Both the position numbers and the translations under genes were made by a program. Positions 1-14,139 of a DNA stretch of 64,000 bases are shown here, in pieces. The notes beneath the pieces were generated by a model. That model was given only the letters and a program-made list of their open reading frames with translations, did no database searches and was not told where the DNA came from. Positions within the stretch are counted from its first letter, which is position 1, and each line of letters begins with the position of its first letter. The stretch is from Epiperipatus broadwayi (taxonomy: Eukaryota; Animalia; Onychophora), in assembly GCA_028023455.1 (NCBI GenBank), contig JAQFVV010000005.1, positions 17,856,001-17,920,000 of the forward strand, given 5' to 3'.

Positions 1-2165
1 TTCAGGCTAAACCAGCTCTCATCAGTTGGTCCAGATTATCATCTCCCACACACATATATATAATCAATGCTCTGTTTATATTAAGATAGCAAATCTTCAT
101 ACTTTAATGGACAGGCTTCAATATACTCCAATCTCCAACTCTTCAGCCATCCACATCATTGAAAATCTGCATGAAAGTACTATGATTTTTACATGAATGA
201 CCCTAGATGATGTCATCCATATATATAATGTTCATAAGTCTACTGGGCTTAATAAGTCTTGTTTATTTTCACTATTTAATGCAGAAGTTACTATCAACTA
301 CTGCGACTTTGTATTTTGTGAGCCAGGTGCAAAACATAAATAATGACCTTTTTGTTTGAAAGTCAAAAGAGTGATATACTTCAAGACTTCTGACCTTTTT
401 CAAATGTTTGAACAAAATGCACTACATATAAATAAATATTTTATTAGATATAAAAACTTTTTTATTTATTGTGTATACCCTATAAAAATGGTAAGGACTT
501 ATAGGGGGTGAACTGGGGTGATGGAATGCCATCATCAAAACTAATTAAAACAAAATTTACATATCAAATATCAAAAGGATGAACAAAAGGATGAGCCTGA
601 GAGATTAACACCAACACTATAAATAAGTATAGGTAACCAGCATTACCCAGAAGTAATAATCATTCATCTTCATGAATGATCAACAATAAAAATAAGTCAA
701 CAGTCAATCTTGTGGCTGTATTTGAAATGGGTCTACTATAAACCAGATTAATTATTTATCTCTTGCCAGGTTGAGGAAGATTATTTAAATAATAATTTGG
801 ATGCATAAACTTAAATGCTAATCCATCATAATACATAACAATAAAAACAATAATGCTGGATATTAAAACATGCTGATCATCAGCAATGCTCTAGCTACTT
901 AGTACCTTTAATATATCAGCCAACTATAAACTTAATTTCTAATAAATACTAAACTAAATAAAATGTAGTGCATGAGTTTAAAGAATATCCCCTTTGAAGC
1001 AAGACAGAATCATCATCAACTCGATGTCCATAAACACTGAATATAAATCCCTTTTATACAACAGACCATTATGCATGAATCTAGCTCAGTAAACAAAAGC
1101 TCTATAATTGTTATTGTGATCATGAGATATAATCCTAACATATAATATTCTAAAACTATTTAGTACTGAGTAAATTCACTGGAATGACTTTAATAATAAA
1201 ATATCAATTTATTAATAACAATAAAATTGAAATTAAAGTCTGCAGAATATGGCTATACATATAAATTAAGCCTTCTGATTTTGATTTAATACAATTAGCT
1301 ATCACATTGTGATTTACAAATATGTCTCAATAGATTTACATAAAACACACTTATATATAAGCACACAGACATGCAGATAATAGTTTATGAACATATTTGA
1401 ATTGTCATAAACCTATAAATGAAATTCACTTTTATAATTATAATTGATTTAACATATATGTGTCTACATGACACTCATTTACATAAGCACACAGACATAC
1501 ATATGGGAATTGTCATATAATGATAAAAAATAAGCTATCACATTTTAATGATATGTAAATAATGGCTGTTTTCACCTATATATGTGGGTTACCATGGAAA
1601 TATATGTACACACTGATGATAATATCATACGATTTTTTAATTTGTCAAAATAATACTCATATTTTATCTTTTTAGATAAATGAATATGTATGATGTGTGT
1701 ATGCATAAAAATAATAGAATGACTCAAAGTCATTAATTCATTCATTATCTGATGGTAAAAAGTTTTTAACTCTTACTTTTTTTAAAAAAATTATTAATTT
1801 TTTGACAGTCCTTCATAAAAGTTTTTTTTTTAAAAAAAAAGTTATTTACTTAAAAAAATTACAACTCATTTTTACTAAAGAAATTATTTAAAATAACTCA
1901 CCAACTATACTTTTATATATATGATGCAGTACTTTATCTTGATTCTCTGTATATAGATAAAAGAGTATGTGTATAAACTAATTCTTCAGCAAGGTGATAG
2001 ACTCTGAGTAATCTAGACTGGCTTATTGTCATTTTCAGGAAAGGTATAATGCAGTTAACTGTTGATCTTTCAGTCTCTCCCTTGTTTCTATGGTAATACA
2101 CACATATATATATATATAAAGGCAATGAACACAGAAACTGGGTCTTGCTTCCATGTAAATCCAAC

Positions 2166-2256
2166 CTCTACTATTGTTGTACTAGTAGCAACATCTGGAT
2201 CCATAGTCTTTCCTTCACTTATATCTTCATGGTAGTAGTAATCTGGTTGTCACAAT
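2166..2256 (-). other. Candidate 5' exon of an unidentified host gene (possible start MDPDVATSTTIVE)
   Basis: Minus-strand acceptor TTTTTTACAG| at 2257/2256. ATG at 2204. The following donor (GAG|GTTGGA) is weak. Upstream minus-strand donors lie at 2514 (GTAAGT), 3840 (CAG|GTGAGT) and 4795 (GTAAGT). No recognisable homology. Confidence 0.2.
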
Positions 2257-5200
2257 CTGTAAAAAAACTCTAATTTTTTCCAACCTTTTTATAGTTAGGG
2301 TGGGGAAAAACTGCAATAATTAAAAATATGTTTCCCTTATCTTGTTTGAAAAAGTTACTGACTCTTTTTCAATTCAACTTAATCCTTTAAAAAACAACTT
2401 TGTGAAATTTTATCAAAATATATTATACAAGAATTAATTACAAAAAATTTGCTAATCAAAATAAATAGTGAAATGTTATAATTACCAGTATATTTATTAT
2501 AACATAAAACTTACTTGTTTTCATTTCAAAATCAGAATTAATAAAATATCAATTAGACCCTTTTAAATGTTAATTTATAATAAAAAAAATTTAAATTCAA
2601 AATTATTAATCCATAACTGTTTATTCCAGTGTAATATAAAAATATTTACAAAAATTTTTTTGTCTGTGTTTGTTTCTACTTTTCTTTTCAACTATATATT
2701 GTAATGGGCACATACGTACGGTACATTGTTTTTTATTATTAATCATGAAAGAAAAATAAAAAGTTTGCATTTAAAAATTTTCTTTAAGAATTAAAAATTG
2801 AAATTAAATATCATCTTAAACTCGTATATATAAATCGCATAGAAAAAAAAAAAATTATTAAAATAAAACTTTATTAAAAATAGAAAGGTATTTTTTTTTT
2901 AAAAAAAAAAAAAAACTTAAAAAGATTTAGAGATAAAAATATATCTTTAAATTTGGAAAACACATTAAGTAATCAGAAAATGGAAATGATTGTTTTAATT
3001 AGTTTAAGATAAACAAGCCCTTGGGCATTTAAATGTAAAAACATCAGTCAGGTAGGAAAACAATAGGAACTTTTAGCAAATGAAAGAAATCCATCGGGAT
3101 ATCGGACCTCAATGAAAGGGTCTTCATCATCGATGACGCAATGTAAATTCAATCCTTCAAATTAATATAAAAGGACAAGTTTGGAAATGATTAAGGAGAA
3201 TTATTATTACGATGTGACTATATGTATTAGTACGGAGTTGGAGGTGAAGGGATTGGAAGACGCACTTTCAATTCTTTCAGCTGTTAAAGAAAAGGGAGTG
3301 AAACATCGTTTTCTTCATTGAGGACAGTTAAAGCAAAAACCTCCGGATGGATAAATAAATCGGCCAACAGAATACCAATTTTAGGACGGCGTGGGAATTC
3401 ACATTCATGGCAAGCAACGGATAAAGATGAACTGTTTTAAACCGTAAGAACTTTATAAATAATGAACATTAAATTAAAACTTTCCAGATTTAAATGATTG
3501 CAATATTATCCTATCTGACCAACTTAATTTATTAATAATGTTATTTGATGTATTTCTTTTTTTTATATATATTTAAAATCATTTCCATTTATTTATTTAT
3601 TTTTTGTTCTTTAAGTTTTATCATGATTTTTGTTTTTCGTTAAATTAATTATATAAATGTTAAACTTAAGTCGGGCGTGAATGGTTGTATAGATTTGTAA
3701 AGTTATATTAGGGGAGGGTAATCTTAGGTTATTTGTGTCGTTGTTAAATTGGGTCAATGGATTGGATATATTGATGTAGTTAGTAGATGTAGTCAGAGAT
3801 TCGCTACTGGCAGAATCGTTTATATATACGCCGCACTCACCTGTTTGCCTATGGAAGGAATTATAAGACGGAGAACGCAATTCCTTTCTATGGAGTTTTT
3901 TTTTATTGTTCTTCTCGTTAGATAGATGTAATATTCCTATCTGATGAGAGTCAATGTCTTCTCTTAATCTTTTTGGTGCTGCCGTATTCTGTATTACATT
4001 GAATACATCGATATATCAGATGAATTGACGCCAGTTTGACTACGAATTTTAGCCTAGGGTTAAATAGGGATAGAATGTTTATTTTCAAATGCAAATCTAT
4101 GTAGTCTATTCATACTCGACACTAAACAAAAATGCATTAAATTTAAGTTGTTTATAGACGTTTGCATGGATTGGTTATCGGTTAAGTATGTTTTGGGTTT
4201 TCATATTTGATCAAAATATATAGACATTCGATAAATAATGATACCTTACGGTGAGTATCTAAAATGTATTTATTCGGATGTCTTTTAAGTTATTGGTGAC
4301 AATGCAAGTATCTTATGGTGAATACTATTGGGTTACTTATAAATTTCCCTCTGCAATTGTCGGTATCAATGATTTTATATTTTGATCGTTTATGTTGATT
4401 TTGAAATGTTTTTGACCATTGTAATCTATGTAACCGATCTATACGCAACATATTAAAACAAGCTTTTATAATCCCATTTGTGCAAACTTAATTAAAATGT
4501 AAACTTATAATATAATAGAAATTAAAATGTAATTTAAAATCTAAAGTAAAGCTAAAAATAATGTTAAATGTTAAAATGTAAACTGATACTAAAACAATTT
4601 TCAATCTTATATATATATGCATAAATAAATGTTTGTATGTTAATTACTGTCAGTGGCTTATTTTATTCTTTTTTTATATATATACTCTTATATTATATTA
4701 TTAAATCTCTGCTATTCCACTGAGCTAGTGACATGGGCTAACGACCGGAACCAAAATATTTAAAAAAAAAAAAAAAAAATTTTTTTTTGACTTACGTATC
4801 TGCCTACTTTATAAATTTTTCTAGGTTCAAATGCCTAGATGGCGCCCTATAGTGCAGATACCGTTTAAGTCAATCTCTGGATCGTTACAATATCTTATGA
4901 CAGGCACAATTCATATGGCTAAGCATAAGATGGTATTAAGAAAGCAAATGGCCTAAAATACATAATAAAGCCATTAAGGGGGGGGTGTATACCATCTATA
5001 TAAACAAAATTAAGTCATGTTATAAAATAAATGAGAGGGGTCTGTGGATATATGATATACTCGCACACACAAGAAAAGCCAATAGTTAAGGCTTATAATT
5101 TATAATTCGATGTGTTAGCATATTAGCTATATGGTTATAATAAATTTTTTATTATTATTTTATGTTCTTTTTTTTTTTTTAAGAAACACAAAGATGTTTA

Positions 5201-6230
5201 TGTGTAATTTGTATTTATATTTTTTTGTGAAGAGTTTGTAAAAAGAAAAAAAGATAGAAATGATTAAATGTTCCAACAAATATGTAATTTTTAAAATCAA
5301 AATTTTTACTAGTTATTTTTCTCTACAAACACATTGTTCTAGATTTAAGAAAAGCCTAAAAGCATTTATATTTTTAGTAGATAAGTAATTTTGTTTCTTT
5401 TTTTTAATTTTCAAGTATTTCAACTAGACAAAAGAATTCCTTGAAATTTATGTTAATGTGGGGGTGGAAAAGGTATCTAGTTTAATTAAAAAAATATTTT
5501 AAGTATAATCTGATTATCAAAATGTCTTAGATAATAAATTTAATTAAAAATAAAAAATTTTGAGTATGCATGGGAATGCTTCGTGCATTGTATGGATCCA
5601 TTAACAAAATTCAAAATTAGTTAATTAAATCTTTTTCAGAGGGGTACCTAGATTGGGGTCGTAATGAGTGAGCTATATAAGCTATTCACAAAGTGTTTCG
5701 GGGACTCGACACTCAGTCAATCACTATCGCTAACTCTTTTTGAGTCAATCACTCACTCACTGAATCAGTCAATCATTCACTCATTCATGTTAACTTACTG
5801 GACTTTTTTTTTTTTTACTTGCTTGATGAATTACTGGATTTATCTTAACCTGTCTAGTTAAACTTAAAAGAGTTGGAGTAGAATATACAGAGGCAGACAG
5901 TCAGCCGTTGAAATTCTAGATATTGCTTTTATATCATGCTGAGATAGAGCAAGCTTCAAGATGATTTCCAACTAGCCAATTTTTATTAGTGTGGTACAGA
6001 ACTGTGTTTACAGGAAGATGCTGGTATTTGAAAACCCAAAGTAAAAGAGAACCATTACCAGTACTGTAGAAACCAAAAAGAAAACATTCCTATTAGTGGA
6101 TAATCATCGACCAGAGGAAATTAAGTTATGATTAAACCTGAAATGCAAGTGTACTCTTGTCCATGAAATGGTCATGGGGTAGGAACCCCCAGTGTACCCA
6201 CCCAGCTCTGCTCCTGCTGTTAGAAGGATC

Positions 6231-6380
6231 TCCTAGATCCAGCTATCAAATGATCATGAAAACTGCTGAATAATGCCATCAAGGTCTCCTAAATCCAGCC
6301 ATCAAATGATCATGAAAGCTTCTGAATAATGCTATCAGAAATGTATCCTAGATCCAGCTACCAAGTAATTATGAAAGCTC
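6231..6380. repeat. Tandem repeat, ~57-58-bp unit x2.5
   Basis: TCCTAGATCCAGCTATCAAATGATCATGAAA... recurs at ~6231, ~6288 and ~6346. Confidence 0.8.
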
Positions 6381-7519
6381 CTATGCTGTGTGTTCAAGAA
6401 AAGTCCTCGTCGTCCTGGATGAACGGGTGAATAGGCTACTCAGAGCCCAGAGAAGAAAAATAAAGACTTTACATGGTACACACTATTTTTATTAATTTCA
6501 TATATATTATTGTGTAATATAGATCTTTTATTTATGTACTTCTTCCTGTTAAAATGTCAATCTTATTTAATGTACTATTTAGTATTTGTATAATGTGTTC
6601 TTGTGCGAGGTTATGATTCGCAGATCACTCTCTCTCACTAATTGATCCTTTTCTTTTTATGTTTTGATATTATATTTCTTAAGCAAAATAACTATTATAT
6701 TATCATAAATTTTTTCTCTGCATTGGGGTTTATTATTATTGTATTTATTTTTATAATTGGTGAAGGGATATTGGGTTCAATAAATATTTATTTCATAACT
6801 TTTAGAGTTGCCTTACGGCTTGCATACTTTATTCGTATTTCTTTCTCTAAAATAATAAAATAACTAGATAATTACACGAGTTTTGCTATTCCCATTTCTT
6901 TACCTGGGATAAAGAGAATGCTGAGACAGCATATGGGATACCAACTTATTGGGATTTAAATCTTTAGTCATTAGGATATTTATTTCTATTAGATTTTTGT
7001 TTGTTTTATTATATTTCATATAATTATTGGCCCTACATATCCTTTCAGGAGGGGGAATTATTTTTTCTTTTTCTGGGAGTGGTGCGAGGAGTTGTAATTA
7101 AAGTAATCCTTCAAAGATATGTAAGAGCCAATACTTTAATAACCGCCCTTATGACTGCATCAAGGCGATCGATCGTAAAAAGATTTAAAATTGCTTCTTA
7201 CCATGGCGTGTTGCCATATTTTTTTTCATGTTTAGTATGTGCTCATGCTCATCTTAACAGGGTTTAGATTAACCAGTATAATATATATGTGCACACACAT
7301 TACTATGTTGCAACGAGATATATAACTGTCTCAACTAAAATGGGGATGATTAAATTTTTTTGACGGTTGGATTCAAAAATTATGTTTAACATCAGAACAG
7401 AAAAATTAAACATTTTTTATTTTACATAAGTATTTATTAAATAAAGAAAAAAAACACTATAATGAATAGTCAATGAATAGTTATTGCTCTCTTGGAAGAG
7501 AAAGAAAAAGGTTTCATTA

Positions 7520-7622
7520 TTTTTTTTCTCATGTGTCATAGTATCAGTAAAGGAAGCGAACCCGCTAACCCAGGACAACTGCTTGTAAAACAACTGTCGC
7601 TGACTTCTCGACCACCAATACT
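7520..7622 (-). mobile_element. Short tRNA-derived SINE (subfamily shared with 49636-49731)
   Basis: The reverse complement aligns by eye with the 49636 copy: tRNA-like head, GGGTTCGCTTCC B-box, TGACACATGA(A)n tail. Flanked by an imperfect TSD GGTTTC(A/G)TTATTT. Confidence 0.8.
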
Positions 7623-8847
7623 GGTTTCGTTATTTCAACTTCAATTAATTGAATCCACAAAAAAGAAAAAGGAAAGTTTTAATAAGCTTTAATTCTGAAA
7701 AATTTATATTCCATTTGTAATATTTATTTAATATATAAATCAATCATTTTACAAGTATGAATTGACATTAATTAACTGTAAAAAAAGAGGACAATATATA
7801 ACATACAAAACCAAAAAAAAAAAAACCCCATTTAAATAACGTCAATTTATATATGCTTTTTAGGAACAATCTTTACTAATATTATTCCAGTTTTGTCATC
7901 AAGGAATCAATAGGTTCTAAATGGTAATACCTATTAAGTTTACTGCCAATGCTGTACTATTCTAGCAGATTCAAAAACTCCGGGTGGAGAAAATGTAGGT
8001 GTAAAAACTTCTCACTAATGAACGTGGCAAACTAAAAATTAGTTTAAGGAAATAGAAAGGGCAGCAATAAGCACTATCATCTAGCATCTATTAGTTCTGC
8101 AAGCTTACAATACATTGAAGAACTGGAATAATATAAACAGAGTTTACTAACATACATAAAAAATATGTGATCACAGCTCTGATAAAGATACATTATGTAC
8201 ACTTTTAATTGTAGTTTGGCAGTAAATTTTTTTCTAAATAATAAGCATTTGGATCAATACTATTTTATAAATAACTTCTGAAGAGTACATGAATCCAGAT
8301 GTTTAGCTATTATACCATAGAATCCAATTATAATTATGGAAAGTTGGCTAACCAATGACTATAAAAACAGAAGTTATTAAATTTTGTGTTTGATATAGAT
8401 AAGAGTGTCTAATTAGAGATAATGACAAGAGTGTAAAAGGATCATATAAACCAATTCAAGAAAGAAAAAACGTCAAAGAAGATATGTATCCCCCCCCCCT
8501 AACATTACTGCTCTTCATAAGTATCTAAAACATTCTAGAATCTAATGCAGATCATGTGATATTATTTTTGTAAGCTTTCAAGATAGTGAAGCATTAGATA
8601 TAGTAATATGTAAATAACTGTAAGAAATTTATACTTAGATTTGATTTTGTAATATCTGACTTTTAAAAGTTTCATAACAAATTTATTTCTGAAATAATTA
8701 TTTCAATCTGATTTCACTATATACATGACCAATAGTATTCAAATGAATTATGTGAAAAGAATAACAAAACCACTGCAAAAGAAAGATTTTAGGATATGTA
8801 AAGTTAATAAATAGACAATTACTTTCCATGAATTTATATAAGAAATA

Positions 8848-9943
8848 CTGTGTTTTCCTGAAAAAAGACCAGGTCTTATTTTAGTTTTTGCTCAAAAACA
8901 CTATAGGAGCTTATTTTCAGGGGATGTCTTATTTTTTTCATGTATAAAAACCTACATTTATTTAAGAACAAAAATGTACTTTTATTTAAGTACTTCTCTT
9001 TACAGAAAGCTGTAAGAGTCTTATCCTGGGAACCATCCACATTCCTCTCTTGTACTCACCAGAATAATTTTCTTTTTGCACTTATCTTATCTGAGGGTAA
9101 AAATATTATTCCATTTACATTTACAATTAAATCAAGTGTTAATTGACGACTTGTAAAGGCAGAAGTGGTAACAAAAATGATTAGTTAAGAATGGTTTGTT
9201 CACATAAAAGCAGCAAAAAAAAAAAATGCAGGCACAAAAATTCAGAAAATGTTTCTATATTTCACATGTGCATATTAAGTACATCCATTACACACGCACA
9301 CACACACAGTATATTGAGTTATGATGACTTGTATATGACACAATCATATCTATTTGTTATCAAGTCCAAATATTATAAAGATTTTCCAAAATTACTCACA
9401 ATAGCCCTGATTAGCTATTACTTTTGAAAAATTTTCTTTAAGAGAAAGATTGATGATATAACTAATCTAAACTTTGATTTTAAAATCACTTCCATTATTT
9501 TAATAAAATCTTTTAGAAGGAAAAAAATGTTTAAAAAATTAAACTGATTTTTCTTTTATCATGAATATTTAAAAGCTACTATGATAAAACTCTAAAACTA
9601 AATCAAGCATTCTAAATCTAATTATTAAATAAAATAAGTACCTAAAATATACATTTGAAATTATAAATTGTCGGCTATAGTGACTTATGGCAGAGGCAAA
9701 TTGTTTTTCTATACAGGTAAAATTATGTTTGGTCAAAATGGTTGGTGGGAAAATACAAAAGAACCCTATAATTTATATTACCACTTATTTAAAGCATGTG
9801 TTTCAATGAGCAAACAAAAGCCATCTATCTGGCTGATGATCTCAACTAGGCTTATATTTGAGGTAGAACTTATATTATGAGCATCGTGAAAAATCATGCT
9901 AGGACTTATTTTCTGGTAAGGGCTTATTTTCAGGGTAACATGA
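8848..9943. mobile_element. Non-autonomous Tc1/mariner-superfamily (pogo/Tigger-like) DNA transposon
   Basis: Degenerate TIRs CTGTGTTTTCCTGAAAAAAGACC ... GGCTTATTTTCAGGGTAACATG, TA at both flanks, and repeated internal CTTATTTT motifs. Confidence 0.7.
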
Positions 9944-11099
9944 TAGGATAAACGCAATGGATAATGAAAAAAGAGATAGATAAATTTCCAGAGAATAAGA
10001 ATTAAAGTTGTGGAAAATGAATATGAATATAAAAAAAGTTTGAAATTTGATAAGAATAAAAATTATATAAAAATTGAAAATATATGTGATAACACTAAAT
10101 GAATATAATTGTTATATTAGATAAAGAAAGTAAAAATTGAAATAAAATTTTGGATTATATGCAGTGGATTGATAATGATTGACAATGATGATGAATGAGC
10201 AAGGAATGGAGAATTCACAAACTTCTGACTTTTGTTTAAAAAGTAACCACTTTACATTACATTATTTTTTTAAACTAAGCTCAAATTTATACATACTTTA
10301 TCAGCATTAATAGAAATAGAAGCACAGCAAATCGTCAATAAATATCTTCATTTCCTTAAATAAGTTCTATTTTATTAATTCTTTTATAGTTAATTGTTAG
10401 AAAAATAGAATAATGATGGACTCAAGAACCAAAGAGTCTTAATTAGTTTCCAACTGAGAAAAAATCACTTCAAGTCAATTTAATAAACCTGTAGCCCAGT
10501 GTGGTTTAGTTCAGTAGGGAGTAATGGATTGGAGAGCAAAAAATTCCTGGATAAATTCCTAATCTTCTAAGCTATTATCTGTATAATCATTTAATGCAAA
10601 TTTTGCACTCAACCAGCCTCTTGGATGCTTCAATGTCACACAATACAAGAAATCATGTGACTATCATATAATTTGAGCAAGAAATCAAAAAATATTTTTT
10701 ATATAATTATTTTAAATAATCTATTTTAGCTCTCCCTTTCTTCTTACTTTTAACATTTTGTTTTGAAGATTTGAAATATCAACTCTTAAAAAAAATCATT
10801 TATCCAAATGATTTATTTGTTTTGGCACTTGAAAATGGTTTAACATTTCCTTCCAATTCAATTTTTTTCCTTTGGTAACACTTCTTTTAAAAGTATGGAG
10901 TTTTCTCTTAATTTATCTATTCGATTTTCATTTGGACAAAACAAAACACCAATCTTTGTTATTTTTACATAAGAAAAGGATTAATTTAAATAACAAGTTA
11001 ATTTAATCTCAAACACACATGTTAAAAAATTGATAAATTCAGTAAGATAAATTACTATTATGAAAAAAAAGAATTCACATACCCTCTGTTAATTCATTA

Positions 11100-11260
11100 T
11101 TCAACTAAGATATAAGACGATATTAATATCCGGGTACTTACGGATAATTCAACCGATGACGTTTTTGACTTACCGATTTCCCTTCCGGTTGACATCGACG
11201 TTTTTTGCATGACAACATTGTCATGGTAACCAAGTGACTGGCGTGATTAATCCATCAGAG
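11100..11260 (-). promoter_or_regulatory. CpG-rich promoter-like patch with RFX X-box and ETS site
   Basis: ATTGTCATGGTAAC (11217-11230) matches the X-box consensus RYYNYYWWRRNRAC. CTTCCGG lies at 11182-11188. There is a local CpG cluster and two minus-strand GTAAGT donors at ~11173 and ~11140. Confidence 0.45.
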
Positions 11261-13159
11261 AGTCAATTTTTTTTTTTTCACCTAAAATCCAAATTGTGGT
11301 TCATTATGATATGACTTATTAGCTATGCCAAGTCCTATATCTTTAACCATAAATCAGAATAGAGTTGAATCTTATTTTTATTAAGTAGATTTCACTTGTT
11401 TTATGTCAAAGTATGAAAGAAGTAACACATTACCACTATTCATACATGTGATACAAGCATACTTTGAAATAAAGAAAATAAAATCTGCTTAATATAAATA
11501 ATATTCAAATCTATTTTGATTTGGGGTTAGGATGTTTGAGGTTTGGCATAACTAATGAAAGGTATTTCTTTGCAACTTGCACTATGAACCTGCACTGTCA
11601 TAATTCACAATTCAATAGTTTACAATTCAAAATTTTACTATCATATACCATTTTATATCTTTGTTAAATAATGAGCTAATGGAGGGTGCTTACATCCTTT
11701 CCTTCATAATATTATAATATATAGCTGTGTAATATATTCACCCCCAACTACTATAATGTATAAAGATTAAGCATTTAATACATGCTGGTCAATAAAATAG
11801 CAGTTTTAAAGTTATGTATAATTTTGGATGATCATTTGTAAGTTTTATAAAAAGAATTTTTAAAAATGTAAATTTCCGATATTATTCTAAAAATTAAACT
11901 ATTATTATTAGTCAATAGTTACCACAATTTTAACACAAATTCTTAACATATTTTCACAAAGACCTACTATATACAAAATAGCATCTACAAGTGATTTTCT
12001 GCATCAAACAATATAAAGTATACAACTGCACACAACTACTTGACCCATGTTATAAATTAACATTCAACAAATTTATGTGTCAGTGTGGGATATCAGAATA
12101 CAGTGGTCAATGGTTAATTATATAAATTAATATACATGAATTTTAAAATAAATATTAAAAATACATTTTAATAATTACTTATAAATTGTTGAGTCTAACT
12201 GACATTTATGTCTGATTCTATTTTGTCTTTCTTAGTTTGATAATTGCTTTATTTAATTTGTGATTTTAATTTTTTTTTACATAAGATAGCAAATAAAAAA
12301 AAATTAATTAACTTTTTTTTAAAAAAAGTAAATGTTGCAACTGATTTTACTGCAAAAAAAAAGGTTACTTGAAGTATTAAATATTGCAGAATTTTATCAG
12401 AATTAAGGGAAGAAGAAATAAAGCTGTTGTCCAATTTACAAGAAAGGAATGACCAAGCTCAACCATTTTATTTTTAGTCTAACACAGAACATTAATAGAC
12501 AGAGTGAAAAAAATACGTCTACAGACTGAGAAGAAATCCCACAAATAATTTCAAAACATAGATATCTAAATCCAATTTTACACTGTAATTTTTAATAAAA
12601 AAATAACTGCAAGTACATTAGAATATCTATTACTAAGCAATTATGAATAAGCTAACATATATGGGTTATAAGGTAAAGAACTCATGATAGATTAGCAAAT
12701 TATCATAACCCTTGCCAACATTGAGATCCGAGCTTAAGCTATTTATCACAATAAAACTAACTGCTATTTATTACAATAAAACTAGTTAAATGCAATAATA
12801 TTACTAATGTACTAACTATTTGTAATAGAAGGTTGCAACAGTAGAAGTGATAACAGTTTAACAGTACAATTATATATAAAAAAACTGATAGTCAAAATCT
12901 TTAGTTTCTTCTGAACATTTAAAAATTTGCATAGAAAACATATTAGCTTATTAGATACAGTAAGAGTTTAGATTTAAAAACTATGTTTCTTATTCATCCT
13001 GCACTCCAACTTCCCCAAAGAGTATAAATGTTCAATATAAAATATTCTTTACAATTTATTCACAATTTTTAAATTAATTATTTAATTATCAAACATGTTG
13101 CAATTATTATAGAGTTTTAGTAAATACATAAATTTATCTTAGTATGAAGAGAAGAGAGG

Positions 13160-13255
13160 CTAGAGGCTTGAGAAGATGGGTTGAACTTGGAGAGACCTTC
13201 ATCCTACAGTGAATTAATAATGGTTTAAAATGATTATAATGATGATATTAATATG
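13160..13255 (+). mobile_element. RTE-type LINE 3' end fragment
   Basis: GAGACCTTCATCCTACAGTG...TGATGAT tail, matching the minus-strand copies at 14140 and 15262. Confidence 0.55.
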
Positions 13256-14139
13256 ACTGATTATAAGCTCATAAAATTAATCCTCAGGAGCAACTCTGTT
13301 CAGTCTACTATAGTTCTGCCATCTATTGTAAGTTTTAATAACCAATAGATGTCATATGGTAATGCTAATAAATTCACATCAATGTTATTAAACTTTAATT
13401 TGAAACACATCTGGAAAAGTTTGCACTAATGATATAATAATTTTAAAAAAGGATGGATTAATAAATTAAAGGAAAAATAAAATGAGTACTTAGTTATCAG
13501 AATGCATGTCAAAACTTTCTCTAACAGACCTATATAGAAAAACAGTAAAGAAGAAGGTAATACTCAACATGTTTCCACATTGTCAGATTGTTGCTGTTTG
13601 AATACTTTCTATCTTAGTTCTATCCTTCAGCTAATAACAACTAGATGTCCATTTATCAGACAATATTGGATATTTCATTGAATTGGCTATGGACTGGGTT
13701 ATCCTACCTAAAAATTATTAAATATGTTGATTTATTACAACTTTATTCATTCTAGATTCAGATCCAACTCATAGGTATTATAAGTGGATGTGCAATCATT
13801 GCGCCACAAGGATCTTCTAAAAACTATCATCATTCAACTCATAACTGATATGTTTAAAGTCTTATGAAAAAAAGGAGCTATTCTAATCTCTCATGAAAAT
13901 GAGGCAATATATATATAATAAATTTACTAAATTTGAATTTGTAGATTTTGATTACCTACATGGATGAGCACTACAATGAAAACATCTCTCAGTCAGTTAT
14001 TTTATCATCTTAGGTACTTGGTGGGTTATATCTAAATTTGTTATTATGCTTCACTTTTTTTCATAACTGCATTAGTGAATTTTTTTGCAACCATTTTTCT
14101 TAATGTCTATAATTTTTAAAAATAAAATTGTATCACAGA

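Noticed and set aside
6231-6380. CRISPR-like array
   Set aside because: The units are contiguous tandem copies without unique spacers, in eukaryotic DNA with no cas genes.
12390-12478. Possible coiled-coil exon (ILSELREEEIKLLSNLQERNDQAQPFYF*)
   Set aside because: Poor polypyrimidine tract, short, and with no supporting exons. It could be chance.
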